A stretch of 63,514 nucleotides of DNA, filler included, from Octopus bimaculoides (Eukaryota), in NCBI RefSeq assembly GCF_001194135.2. It is 10 parts of 10 records of this genome, joined end to end, with 100 filler letters (N's around TTAATTAATTAA, not from the genome) between each part and the next. Parts side by side here need not be neighbours in the genome. Positions count along the whole stretch, not along the records: positions 1 to 3,032 come from NC_068988.1; positions 3,133 to 17,044 come from NC_069002.1; 8 more parts are not named here. One strand, written 5' to 3'. Shown here piece after piece: positions 1-11,769 of this stretch. Numbering within the stretch: position 1 is the stretch's first letter; every line of letters starts with the position of its first letter. Made by a program: the position numbers and the translations under genes. The notes beneath the pieces were generated by a model. It was not told the origin of the DNA. It saw only the letters and a list, made by a program, of their open reading frames with translations, and made no database searches.

Positions 1-345
1 GTAGTGGGGAGCATCATAGCCATGTGTTGAGAGAAGTTCTTTGGGGTTTGAATAATTCACCTTTGGAAACATGGGTGTTTTGCTCAACATCCTTAAACAA
101 ACCTTATTCAGGGACCTTTTGAGCGGGATGGGCTACTCGACTTGAAGAAAATTCTAACTGGGCCCCACTTGCGAGGTCATGCGCTGTTTATCTTGATATG
201 AGATCACCATGTCGCGCACTTATGGTTGTGATGCATGTGCCTGGTGTACCCTTATCAGACGGGTAGTCATGATGGGTATATTGGGCTTTGTATATTTTAC
301 CCCAGTGTCACTTTGATGGCATGCAATGCTCTCTCACTCAACAAC
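1..345 (+). mobile_element. Unclassified interspersed repeat, probable 3' part ending in an (AAT)n tail
   Basis: Complex non-coding sequence that runs directly into an (AAC/AAT)n tract at about 341-369, like a retroposon tail. Family not identified. Confidence 0.3.
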
Positions 346-369
346 AATAATGATAATAATAATAATAAC

Positions 370-903
370 AAACAGTTCAAATCCAACCCCCAAAAATTCT
401 ACCAAGAACTGGGTAAAAATAAAATAGACATTACTGCAGCACCAACAGCAGAAGAAGTGGAAGAATTCTGGAAACAAATATGGTCGGTGAAGCAACAACC
501 CCAGAAAAGGACCATTAAAACAACGATCTTAGCACCTGAGCAACTCTGGACCCCTATAACAACTGAAGAGGTCACCCAGGCACTGCAAAGACTAAGCAAC
601 TGGAAGGCACCTGGTCACGACAAGATCCCCAACCTCTGGTTAAAATACCTGACATGAATGCACAAAAAGCTGGCTGAATACTTTGACAACATACTATATA
701 TACAACGTATAGAAAGTGGTAGGGGTCTTATACAGCTGTAAAACTATTATAAAATAACCACCATAGGACTGCAAAACTACCAACTTCAGAAGTAAGGAGA
801 ACTAATACAAATAACCACAAAACACGAGCAAAACAAAAAACTGTTTTCAGTATTTAAAGAAGCTGACAAATACAAACAAGAAATTATACTCCCTAACAAA
901 TAC

Positions 904-970
<67 letters not shown>

Positions 971-1037
971 AAGAGGAGGAGGAGGAGAAGGAGAAGAAGA
1001 AGAAGAAGAAGGAGACGAAGAAGATGGNNNNNNNNNN

Positions 1038-1101
<64 letters not shown>

Positions 1102-2150
1102 AAGCGGAGGAGGAGGAGAAGGAGGAGAAGAAGAAGAAGAAGGAGAAGAAGAAGAAGAAGAAGAAGGAGAAGAAGATGGAGAATAATAATAATAATAATA
1201 ATAAGAATAATAATAAGAATAATAATAATAATAAGAAGAAGAAGAAGAAACAACAAAAGTTATAAAACAAATGAAATCCAAACTAAAACTAGAACAGCAA
1301 CGGACCATGATAAAACGATGGCAAGAAAAGCCCCTACATGGTAAATACTGGGCTAAACTAAATGCAAAAGAAATAGACNNNNNNNNNNNNNNNNNNNNNN
1401 NNNNNNNNNNNNNNNNNNNNNNNNNNNNNNNNNNNNNNNNNNNNNNNNNNNNNNNNNNNNNNNNNNNNNNNNNNNNNNNNNNNNNNNNNNNNNNNNNNNN
1501 NNNNNNNNNNNNNNNNNNNNNNNNNNNNNNNNNNNNNNNNNNNNNNNNNNNNNNNNNNNNNNNNNNNNNNNNNNNNNNNNNNNNNNNNNNNNNNNNNNNN
1601 NNNNNNNNNNNNNNNNNNNNNNNNNNNNNNNNNNNNNNNNNNNNNNNNNNNNNNNNNNNNNNNNNNNNNNNNNNNNNNNNNNNNNNNNNNNNNNNNNNNN
1701 NNNNNNNNNNNNNNNNNNNNNNNNNNNNNNNNNNNNNNNNNNNNNNNNNNNNNNNNNNNNNNNNNNNNNNNNNNCAGATGACAACGTTTCCCTAAAAGAA
1801 ATGGAAAAGTTTCAAAATACAAAGACCTGGAAATAGAGGTAACTCGAATGTGGAATCTAAAAACAGAAACAATTCCTATTATAGTAGGTGCCTTAGGTAT
1901 AATAAAAAAATATTCAGACAAATACATAACAAAAACACCAGGACTTACAAATATATATAACATACAGAAAATTGCACTACTGGGCACGGCACACATCCTA
2001 CGCAAAACACTTTCAATACAGTAACCATAAGAGCATCACAGCAAACCACAGCACATACCCAAGGCACACAGAGCTGCGCTCGGTAGTGAAGTGAAAGCAC
2101 GTTATAAAAATAAAACTACTGAACAATAATAATAATAATTATAATGATAA
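370..2150 (+). mobile_element. Decayed R4/Dong-clade (RLE) non-LTR retrotransposon, 5'-truncated and internally deleted
   Basis: Pre-RT motif ITTEEVTQALQRLSNWKAPGHDKIPNLWLKYLT (to 654, then a stop). Jump to thumb-like LYIQRIESGRGLIQL (about 700-740). WQEKPLHGKYW...ID at 1320-1378. After the 396-N gap, RLE C-terminus KYKDLEIEVTRMWNLKTETIPIIVGALGII...IQKIALLGTAHILRKTLSIQ* (stop 2022-2024), 3' UTR and (AAT)n tail. Confidence 0.85.
906..1250 (+). repeat. Compound (AAT)n/(AAG)n/(AGG)n microsatellite inside the LINE ORF
   Basis: Alternating AAT, AAG and AGG runs read directly, interrupted by a 10-N gap. Confidence 0.95.
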
Positions 2151-2155
2151 TAATC

Positions 2156-2370
2156 CTTTCTACTGTGGGCACAAGTCCTGAAACTGGGAGAGGGAACTAG
2201 TCAATCACATTGACCCCAGTATTTCACTGGTACTTATCTAATGGAACTCGAAAGAATGAAAGGCAAAGGTGACTTAGGCGGAATTTGAACTCAGAACGTA
2301 GCGGCAGACGAAATACAGTTAGGCAGTTCCTCCGGCGTGCTAACGACTGTACCAGTACACCGCCTTAGTA
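2156..2370 (-). mobile_element. tRNA-derived SINE, family A (tail type 1)
   Basis: Reverse complement of a head with B-box GTTCAAATTCC, a CTTTCATnCTTTCGnGGTnnAT...AAGTACCAG core and a ...CAGGACTTGTGCCCACAGTAGAAA tail. Homologous to at least 9 other copies in the window. Confidence 0.85.
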
Positions 2371-2376
2371 ATGATG

Positions 2377-2572
2377 ATTTCAAACTTTTGCCACAAGAGC
2401 AGCTTGTGGGAGGGGATAAGTCGATTACATCGTCCCCAGTGCGTAACTGGTACTTATTTAATCGACCCCGAAAGGAGGAAAGGTGAAGTCGACCTCGGCG
2501 GAATTTGAACACAAAACGTAGTGGCAGACGAAATACCACTAAACATTTCGCCCACGTGCTAACGATTCGCCA
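2377..2572 (-). mobile_element. SINE family A (tail type 3)
   Basis: Same head and core (GGCGGAATTTGAAC, ACTGGTACTTATTTAATCGACCCCGAAAGGA on +) with a different tail. Confidence 0.85.
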
Positions 2573-2582
2573 GGATTTTGTG

Positions 2583-2758
2583 GGAAGGACTGTCGATCAC
2601 ATCTACCCCGGTACTAAACGAGTACTTGATTTATCGACACCGAAAGGAAGAAAAACAAGGTCGACCTTGGCGGAATTTGAACTCAGAACGTAGCAGCAGA
2701 CGAAATATCGCTAAGCATTTCCCTCCGGCGTGCAAACGATTCTGCTGGCTTTCCGCCT
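2583..2758 (-). mobile_element. SINE family A, tail truncated
   Basis: GGCGGAATTTGAACTCAGAACGTAGC...CAGACGAAAT...TTTCCGCCTT; third tandem copy. Confidence 0.8.
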
Positions 2759-3032
2759 TTACTCTTTTACTCATTTACTTGTTTCAGTCATTTGACTGCG
2801 GCCATGCTGGAGCACCGCCTTTAGTCGAGCAAATCGACCCCAGGACCCATTCTTTGTAAGCCCAGCACCCACTCCATTGGTCTCTTTTGACGAACCGCTA
2901 AGTTACGGGGACGCAAACACCTCAGCATCGATTGTCAAGCGATGTTGGTGGGCCAAACACAGACACACAAACACCCACATATATATACATATACATATAT
3001 ACGACGGACTTCCTTCAATTTCCGTCTACCAA
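2759..3032 (-). mobile_element. SINE family B (CORE-like), 3' part, cut by a gap
   Basis: TTTACTTGTTTCAGTCATTTGACTGCGGCCATGCTGGAGCACCGCC...ATCGACCCCAGG...TTTCCGTCTACCAA, shared with copies at 13.3, 16.8 and 36.9 kb. Confidence 0.85.
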
Positions 3033-3132
3033 NNNNNNNNNNNNNNNNNNNNNNNNNNNNNNNNNNNNNNNNNNNNTTAATTAATTAANNNNNNNNNNNN
3101 NNNNNNNNNNNNNNNNNNNNNNNNNNNNNNNN

Positions 3133-3197
<65 letters not shown>

Positions 3198-3479
3198 CAT
3201 ACACACACACACATACATATATATATTTCGTGGAGCAGGAGTTTGATAAGTGCAGTGTATAGAATACTCTTGCGTTTGACTCATTCATGCAATTTCACAG
3301 ATAATCCACGCACAGAGATAGACACACAGACATATCACACGCACGTGTGATATACACATATCACACACATATCACACGCACATACACACACTAATCATAC
3401 GCACACATAGCACATACACACACATTACACTTACACACACACACTACACTCACACAAATGTATATTAAAAACGTTTTTT

Positions 3480-4700
3480 TTATTTCTAGATGCTGTTACA
3501 ATATTTGAAAAGAGATTTTATTAATATAAAATGTATTAATTATATATAAAGAAAAAACATTTAAAAAGCAGATTAACACATCTTATAAAAAGAAGTTTTC
3601 AGCTTTTCAGTATACATGTTCTAATGTAACACGCACAGAAGAAATTGTTTTCGTAGAAGCGTTGATTATCCCCGATTCACTTTCGGATTTAGAATTCTTA
3701 TGAAGTTCTCTTCCTTTGCCTTCCATACTTAATCATTTTGTTCCTTTATTTTTTTATATGTTTGAATTTTGCATTTGCTCAACGTTTAGATGTTCACTAC
3801 ATGTAACATTTGTAACATATAATCCTTTGATTTGTTGCTTATGTATTCTTATCCAGTCAATTAATTTTTATTCAATTTACCCGATTTAATTTTTCTCAAG
3901 TTGTGAGCATGTTAAGCAGTAAATGAAAATTTTTGTTTCGTAATTGATATTATTAACATTTAATTATTCACATTCCTGAATATTTTGGTTTTATTCTATT
4001 CAGCCACCCGACGTTTTAACATATAATTGTCTGCATTATTTATTTATTTACTTATTTACTTTTGCTGTTGTGAATTTCACCTTTAAAATGATTCTTTTAA
4101 GATTTGGCGATCGTGTTAGGCTTTTAATAATTTGTGGCTCTTTAATAGTTTTTCTTTGATTTGATGATTGGTGGGACATTGAAATGTATGGAGTGGCCAA
4201 ATGTGAGGCGTTGTGGTTTCTGTTACTATGCGTGACTATGGAGAGAATATCTGTGCTTGTGTCTTCCCTCTCATTACAGGTGTGGTTTCAGTGATACAGT
4301 TAGAAATGGCTTTTGTTTTGATTATTGTATGATTTACTATTTTCTTCGAGTATTTGGTGACTAGGGTATTTCTTTATATGTGAGATGGATGGCAAGATCT
4401 AAAACTTATGTATTTGTGTGTACCCGTGCCATTGCAGCAGAGATTGGTTGTCATATATTCATTATTTTACATTATTAAAACGTTCCTAAAACGGAGTTCC
4501 CCTTTCATTTATTTCCCTTGTGAATTAGATCGATTCATAAATGCTGTTAATAGAAATAAGGAATCTTGTGAAGTTTCCTTGCATACGTTCGAAAATATGA
4601 GTCAGTCATCGGAGAATATGTTACAATTTTCTTTCAAATGGTTTTGAAAATTCTGATAAAAAACGTAATCGTGATTCGGGTATAGATTTTTTTGTGTAGA
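3480..4700 (-). mobile_element. Decayed Penelope-like element: C-terminal RT plus GIY-YIG endonuclease
   Basis: Minus-strand translation gives FSDD*LIF (DD at 4605-4610), ELRFRNVLIM..TTN....GTHKYISFRSCHPSHI*RN, IIKSLTRSPNLKRII, TKIFIYCLTCSQLEKN*IG*..KLIDWIRIHKQQI...TCSEHL, KAKEENFIRILNP. Many stops and frameshifts. Confidence 0.8.
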
Positions 4701-4779
4701 AACTTCATCATCCGGGACGTACGAATTGATTGAACAGGGTAAAAACAGAAATTTTAAGGGAATTGAATGTGAATACGAA

Positions 4780-5210
4780 TGTGAATACGAATTTCAAAAC
4801 AAAATATCTCCCTTACTGCATCACACGTCCATAATGCAATGAGAATTATATAGGCCAACCGGGATAAAAATTAATCGACTGGGTTAGAGTGCATGTACTA
4901 AAAAATCGAAGATCTATGTGTTGAAATTGCTCTATGTAGTGAGCATTTATACATTTTTGCTAATGGAAAATTGAAAAATATTTTCCTTTTATCAAAATAA
5001 CAGGAAGAACATTATCAATTATGAAAGGCCAAAGAAAAATACCTTATACGAACTCTAAATCAAAAACAGAACCCAAAATATGGGGAAAAACGTTTTTTAA
5101 CAACTTCTATACGGATTACCTTGCAACACGTCTGTTGAACAGTTGAGAACAGTAAAAGAGCCCTTACGCAAATCTTCTTTCCATAAGATCTGTGTGAATT
5201 TGTTTATTTT
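4780..5210 (+). mobile_element. Second, oppositely oriented PLE GIY-YIG 3' fragment
   Basis: Plus-strand KTKYLPYCITRP*CNENYIGQPG*KLIDWVRVH (YIGQ at 4847-4858), LCSEHL, FPFIK, KAKEKYLIRTLN; collinear with the minus copy. Confidence 0.75.
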
Positions 5211-5329
5211 AAATGAGTATTTATACAATAAATGATTTCAAAAGTATATATATATATATATATATATATATGCATATATATATACACATATATATACAAA
5301 TATATATATTTGAATGTATATACTGTATA

Positions 5330-5383
<54 letters not shown>

Positions 5384-5935
5384 GCATACATAAATATATA
5401 TATATACATACATATAGACTCTTACATTTGCGCGGGCGTACGCATGTGCTTGTGTGCGTGTGCGCGAGCGTGTGTGCGTGTGCGCGAGCGTGTGTGCGTG
5501 TGCGCGAGCGTGTGTATGTATGCGTGGCTGTGGGTCACAACACGTGCTGCATGTTTAATCAGCGGTAGTTGTTTCTTCCGCGTTTAATTATCTACATTCT
5601 CTTCTGTGTCTCTTTCTCAAATCAAATCCACTAACTACGAAACCCACCCGCAACACACAACAACTTCGTCAACAACGCCATCAAACACAACAACAGCCGC
5701 AGCCGTACTGCACTGCATCAACCCCAAGCGAAAATAGATTTAGGAGCAAAAAGAAAAGTTTTAAAATATATATATATATATTATATATGTATGCGTGTGT
5801 GTGCGTGCGTGTGTGTGCGTGCGTGTGTGTGCGTTTGTATGTGTGTGTGTGTACATGTGTGTATAATGTATCTATGTTTACACACATATATATATATATA
5901 TTTACACATATATATGCATGTACATGTATATGTCG

Positions 5936-5977
<42 letters not shown>

Positions 5978-6037
5978 GGAGAGAGAGAAAGAGAAGGAGA
6001 GAGGGAGTTAAGAGAAATGCACATAAATTTATTTATA

Positions 6038-6082
<45 letters not shown>

Positions 6083-6160
6083 ATATATACATACATATAT
6101 GTGTGTATAAATATATGTATATACATATACAGAAATGCATCTATATATATATATGCATGT

Positions 6161-6211
<51 letters not shown>

Positions 6212-6895
6212 GGAATGTATATGAACCGAATCACTGGAAATAAGTATCCTTCGGGCAAAACCTTTGCGACATGTNNNNNNNNNNNNNNNNNNNNNNNNNN
6301 NNNNNNNNNNNNNNNNNNNNNNNNNNNNNNNNNNNNNNNNNNNNNNNNNNNNNNNNNNNNNNNNNNNNNNNNNNNNNNNNNNNNNNNNNNNNNNNNNNNN
6401 TATATATATGGCTCTCTGCGTTTATATGTATCCGTTTGTGAATTTTTACTGCTTTTCTTTTTGTGAGTTTATATGCATGTGTGTTGGCTGTGTCGGTCTG
6501 TCAGGCATTTAATAGTTGGGATAAAACAAGATTACAATGAATTGATTGTAATCACCCATGTGATGCTGAGATTTATAAAACTAAAATAAATATTAAATAA
6601 CTGTTTACGTTCCACCTTCTCTCTCTCCCTCTTCTCCTCTCTCCATCTCTCGTTCTCTGTCATTGCCTGTCTGTCTCTCTCTTGCTATCCTTCTGCCATC
6701 TTTCTTTGTCTCTCTCTCTCTAACACCTTATTTCTCACTTTTCTTTCCAATTTTTTCCCCATGCCTTCATATCTTGCACTGTATATTTTTGGTACGTTTT
6801 TTAACGCACATATTTACATGCACCTATTCGCGTACATACATGTTTATATATATACACATATACATGCTTAAATAATATATTCTCATATATATTTA

Positions 6896-6936
<41 letters not shown>

Positions 6937-8346
6937 GTCTACATACATACATGCATACATACATACGTACCTATATACATACGTACGTACGTACATACAT
7001 ACATACATACATACATACATGCATACAAATATATATTCATGAAGACATGTCGCATACACATTGACAAACACACACATACTTGTAGTCTCTCTTATCAGTG
7101 TCCTATTTTATTTCATCTTTTTAAACTGTCTGTTCCTATGAAACATTCATACATTAATGCTTATATATATATATATACACATATGTATGTATATATTTCA
7201 TACATAACTGCATTAATTCCGACACGCATATATACATACATACACACAGATACATACATACATACATATATACATGCACACAGATTCATGCATGCATACA
7301 TATATATACACATATATATACTCAAATACATATACTCGTACATGTTGTGTCCAAAGCATTAGAGAAAGCACTGTATAGAAATGATAGTAATCTAGATAAA
7401 AAGTAGTTTACATCAACAGAACGTAGAAGCTTCGAGGAGATGAGAGAGAAATTAATTTTATTTATTTTTTTTTTTTTTATTAAAGTGTGTGGTTCGAAGT
7501 GAAAACAATGATAAACAGATTGTAATGTATTGCACTAAAAAAGCAAACATTTATATGAAAAAGAAATCGAATGCTAACTGTTCTTAGTTGAATAATTTTG
7601 TGAAAATCTCTGTAAAATGCTGGCTAACAGACCAGATATAATGATCAGGGAGTAAATAATAATGTAGAAGGAAGCGGATGACCTGTTTAGTATATGTTAC
7701 CATAATGTTAAAAACACCTGTGAGGAATTAATGAGAAATCTAAAGGCATTCTATTCAAAGTATATATATGGAGCCATTAAGGTAATTATTGGCACAGTAG
7801 GATATGTAAGTTCTCCAATATTAAATTTGGGTTTCATAAAATTTTGAAAAGGGATGGTTTGAATTTTGAAAATAGCAGCTACGATGAATTCAATGCACTG
7901 TGAACATATATAAAATATCCTTGTACTGTTGAAGACGTATGTATACACACGTCTAGATATGCTAACATATTTTGTTTCTCATTATATATATACGTAGTTG
8001 AAAACATGCAAGTACACATATGCAATGACATCTATGATTGCAGACAGGCCTATGTTCGTAGACATGCGAATAGGCACATGATATAACATCCATAGACTCA
8101 CGCGTGCACAGAGAAGTCAGCTTTACAAGAGGATATCTCCGAAGATTTCTTGAAGGGGAGTTCCAAGCCGCGAAATATTGAAATTCAAAATAAAAGTAGA
8201 GAGAATTAAATTGTGTTATTTCTTATCATTTGCATTGTTTCGGCCTAAAAAAAAAAATATATTTATCTATACCAGGGAATGCTATTGTATACACAAATAT
8301 ATATATATATATATATANNNNNNNNNNNNNNNNNNNNNNNNNNNNN

Positions 8347-8615
8347 TAAAGAATAAAAAGTTTAGGAAAGTATAACAATGCACTATAGAACAAAAATGGA
8401 CTGTATACCTGTTGTAACTTGGTAAACTATAGTCCGATGATATTTCGGAATTAGAATTCCTTCTTCAGATCTTATTTGCTGGAGTCTAAGATCTGAAGAA
8501 GGAATTCTAATTCCGAAATATCATCGGACTATAGTTTACCAAGTTACAACAGGTATACAGTCCATTTTTTGTTCTATAGTGCATTGTTATACCTTCCTAA
8601 ACTTTTTATTCTTTA
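8347..8615. repeat. Near-perfect inverted repeat (128/129-bp arms, 12-nt loop) of a PLE-type end
   Basis: Arms 8347-8474 and 8487-8615 differ by one substitution and one indel; loop TTTGCTGGAGTC. The left arm abuts an N gap. Confidence 0.95.
8490..8525 (+). ncRNA. Minimal type-I hammerhead ribozyme (mirror copy on minus at 8436-8471)
   Basis: GAT|CTGAAGA|A|GGAAT-TCTA-ATTCC|GAAA|TAT|C|ATC: 3-bp stem I, intact core, 5-bp stem II, self-complementary ATAT stem III, AUC cleavage triplet. Confidence 0.75.
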
Positions 8616-8687
8616 CAAACAATACACAATGCTTCAAGCGAACTACAATACTCTCCTATATATATATATGTGTATACACACGCACAC

Positions 8688-8893
8688 AAAAATTTCGGGC
8701 CTTGTACCTAGAGTAGAAAAGAAACGTTAGGCGAAATGCTTATCGGTATTTCGTCTGTTTTTACGTTCTGAGATCAAATTCCGCCGAAATCGGGGTCTAT
8801 AAATTAAGTACCAGTTTCGTACTGAAGTCGATCTAATCGACTGACCCCCTCCCCGAAAATTTCAGGCCTTGTGCCTAGAGGAGAAAAGAATAC
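8688..8893 (+). mobile_element. SINE family A (tail fragment followed by an internally deleted copy)
   Basis: GGCGAAATGCTTATCGGTATTTCGTCTG...GAGATCAAATTCCGCCG...AAATTAAGTACCAG...TTTCAGGCCTTGTGCCTAGAGGAGAAAAGAATA. Confidence 0.85.
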
Positions 8894-9255
8894 ATTAACT
8901 TAACATTCGTTATACAACAGTGAGCAGTTCAACAATGGCAGCCACATTTCTCTCTTTGTCTCGTCCTAATTTGCAAGACAATTCCGCATTAATGTATTTC
9001 AAGTGGGAAAAGAATAAACAAACGATATTTATTTATTTTTGTGTTGCTGTTGTTATTGCTGCAGTAATTGTTGTTTTTGTTATTGTCTATGTTATTATTA
9101 GTCATTTTGTTTTTTGTCATAATTTGTACGTTTGAGAAAGTATCTTCATTTAAGAATTAATCGTGCATGGATTTACTGTCTGTCTGTGTGTACATCCGTC
9201 TCTGCATCTGATTAGCAGACTGTCTTTCTATCTACGCATTTGCCTATCCACGCCG

Positions 9256-9301
<46 letters not shown>

Positions 9302-9329
9302 ATATATATATATATATATATATATTAAC

Positions 9330-10304
9330 TCTGAAGAACATTAAGAACCTGAAACCACTGCTACAAAGAAGAAAAAAGAAAAATGGACAGAGTGCAAAAA
9401 AGAACGGGCAGAAGCCGTGGAGCAAGAAGCTTCTGCATGAACAGTATATAACTTCGAAGCCGAAATACTGATGTAGATCAAGCAACAACCCATCAATGGC
9501 TGAGAAGCGCAAGACTGAAAGCACAGAGGGAAAGTTTAATATTGGCGGCACATGGTCGAAGCTTGCTTGTCAAAATCTACCAAGCTAAAGTTCTTCAAAA
9601 CGGTTCTGACCTTAAATGCAGATTCTGCGATACATTTGATGAAACAATAGACCGTCTCGTCTTGGGATGTCCTCTGCTGAGACCAAACGAATACAAAAAT
9701 CGCCACGATAGGGTAGGACAGTTTTCACATTGGAAAATATGTAAACACTACAAAATCAGCACACCTGCTTACAGCTTTGATCATCATTCTGAGCCAATCG
9801 TTAAAGGTAAAAATGTCACTGTCCTCTGGGATTTTCCAGTCAACGTCAACAGAACGATCCAGGTTAAGCGACCTGACATAGTCATTAAAGACAACATGTT
9901 GTTGGGATTTTAACATTCAGACTGACAGAGTAATAGATGCAGGAAGGCCTGGTTTTGTAGTAGTAGATAAAGACTTTACAGTCCAAATGATGAAAAAATT
10001 AACATGAGAGGTATAGAAAAAATAGCAAAGTACCAGGACCTAACCATTGAATTGCAGAGGCTATGGAAAGTGCGAGAAAAATGGATCCCAGTAGTTATAG
10101 GTGCATTGGGAACTATCCCTAAAGATTTGAACGGATGGATAGAGGAAATAGGCATAAAACCCAGTTTAGTACAGCTCCAGAAAACAGTGTTATTAGGAAC
10201 AGCTAGGATACTTAGGAGGGTTCTTGGCATCTAAGGTTACTTGTTGTAGCCTGATGTTAGGACTTTTTCTTTTCCAACTGTCTAATCTGTTTTGTGTATA
10301 TGAA

Positions 10305-10378
<74 letters not shown>
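9330..10378 (+). mobile_element. R4/Dong-clade LINE 3' fragment (zinc knuckle plus RLE endonuclease), apparently chimeric
   Basis: WSKKLLHEQY, DVDQATTHQWLRSARLKAQRESLILAAH, CRFCDTFDETIDRLVLGC (degenerate CCHC), RHDRVG, WDFPVNVNRTIQVKRPDIVIKD, a second WDFNIQTDRVIDAGRPG from 9903, EKIAKYQDL...IPVVIGALG...LQKTVLLGTARILRRVLGI*, then a long (AAT)n tail 10306-10378. Confidence 0.88.
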
Positions 10379-10379
<1 letters not shown>

Positions 10380-10912
10380 CCACTGAGGTTTAACTTTTAC
10401 AAGAAATGTGTGGACTTTTGCGTGACACGTTTTCTAGTAAAGGATTTCTAGAATCACCAATCTTTCGAAATGGTTTCCAAGAGATATAAGGCGTGAAGGA
10501 AATATCTAAGACTTCAAAAGATTGTCTGTATTCTCTCTCTCTCTCTATCTTTCTCTCCCTCTCTTTGTTTCTCTTTTGTCTCTCTTTCTCTTTCTCTCTC
10601 TCTCGCTCTCTCTGGCGGCCCTGTCTCTCGCTCTGGGTCACGTTTCGTTTATATTATAGCATCGATGTCGTGACGATCCGGTTTATGGTACAGGGAGAAA
10701 AAAAAACAAACAAACAAAACAACCCCCACATTTTCGTTAATCTGGACTGCCAAATATGTTGAAGAACGAACAGATTGTACCGAGAATTCACAATCGATGT
10801 CATATCTTTTCTTTCACTCACGTTACCGAGATGAGCTGTTGATAGATACGCGCGCACGCGGACAGTACACGCAGGCAATTGCACACACGCGCGCACACAC
10901 AAAAACTCTTGC

Positions 10913-10948
<36 letters not shown>

Positions 10949-10983
10949 GTACGTCTGCATAATTATATGTATGCATGTGTATG

Positions 10984-11016
<33 letters not shown>

Positions 11017-11181
11017 GGAAATATATATATACATCTGTACGTATATATGTGTGTGTGTGTATATATATATGTTTATAAGTACACACATATATTTGCGTAT
11101 ATATATGTATACATACATATATATATTTGTATATACACATACATGTATATATGCATATATATGTATGCATATATATGCATG

Positions 11182-11215
<34 letters not shown>

Positions 11216-11769
11216 NNNNNNNNNNNNNNNNNNNNNNNNNNNNNNNNNNNNNNNNNNNNNNNNNNNNNNNNNNNNNNNNNNNNNNNNNNNNNNNNNNNNN
11301 NNNNNNNNNNNNNNNNNNNNNNNNNNNNNNNNNNNNNNNNNNNNNNNNNNNNNNNNNNNNNNNNNNNNNNNNNNNNNNNNNNNNNNNNNNNNNNNNNNNN
11401 NNNNNNNNNNNNNNNNNNNNNNNNNNNNNNNNNNNNNNNNNNNNNNNNNNNNNNNNNNNNNNNNNNNNNNNNNNNNNNNNNNNNNNNNNNNNNNNNNNNN
11501 NNNNNNNNNNNNNNNNNNNNNNNNNNNNNNNNNNNNNNNNNTACCATCGTTTGAATGTTGTGTGTTAAAATTTCGTCTGTGAACATATCCGTGAAAGATA
11601 CGTGTAAGTATGTCTAACATCAAACAGAACTCTTCACTGCTGAAGGAGTAAATTTTCTCTTTTCTTCTATAATCATTCTTTATCGACTTTCATTTTTTTT
11701 GTTGTTTTTTTATACCATCAAATTTTCTTTCAGTTTCTTCTTTTCAATCTTTTCTTTCATTTTTTTCAT

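Noticed and set aside
7751-7948. ORF with C..C and hydrophobic stretch, considered as a Cys-loop receptor exon
   Set aside because: Cys spacing and the FP.D.Q.C motif do not match.
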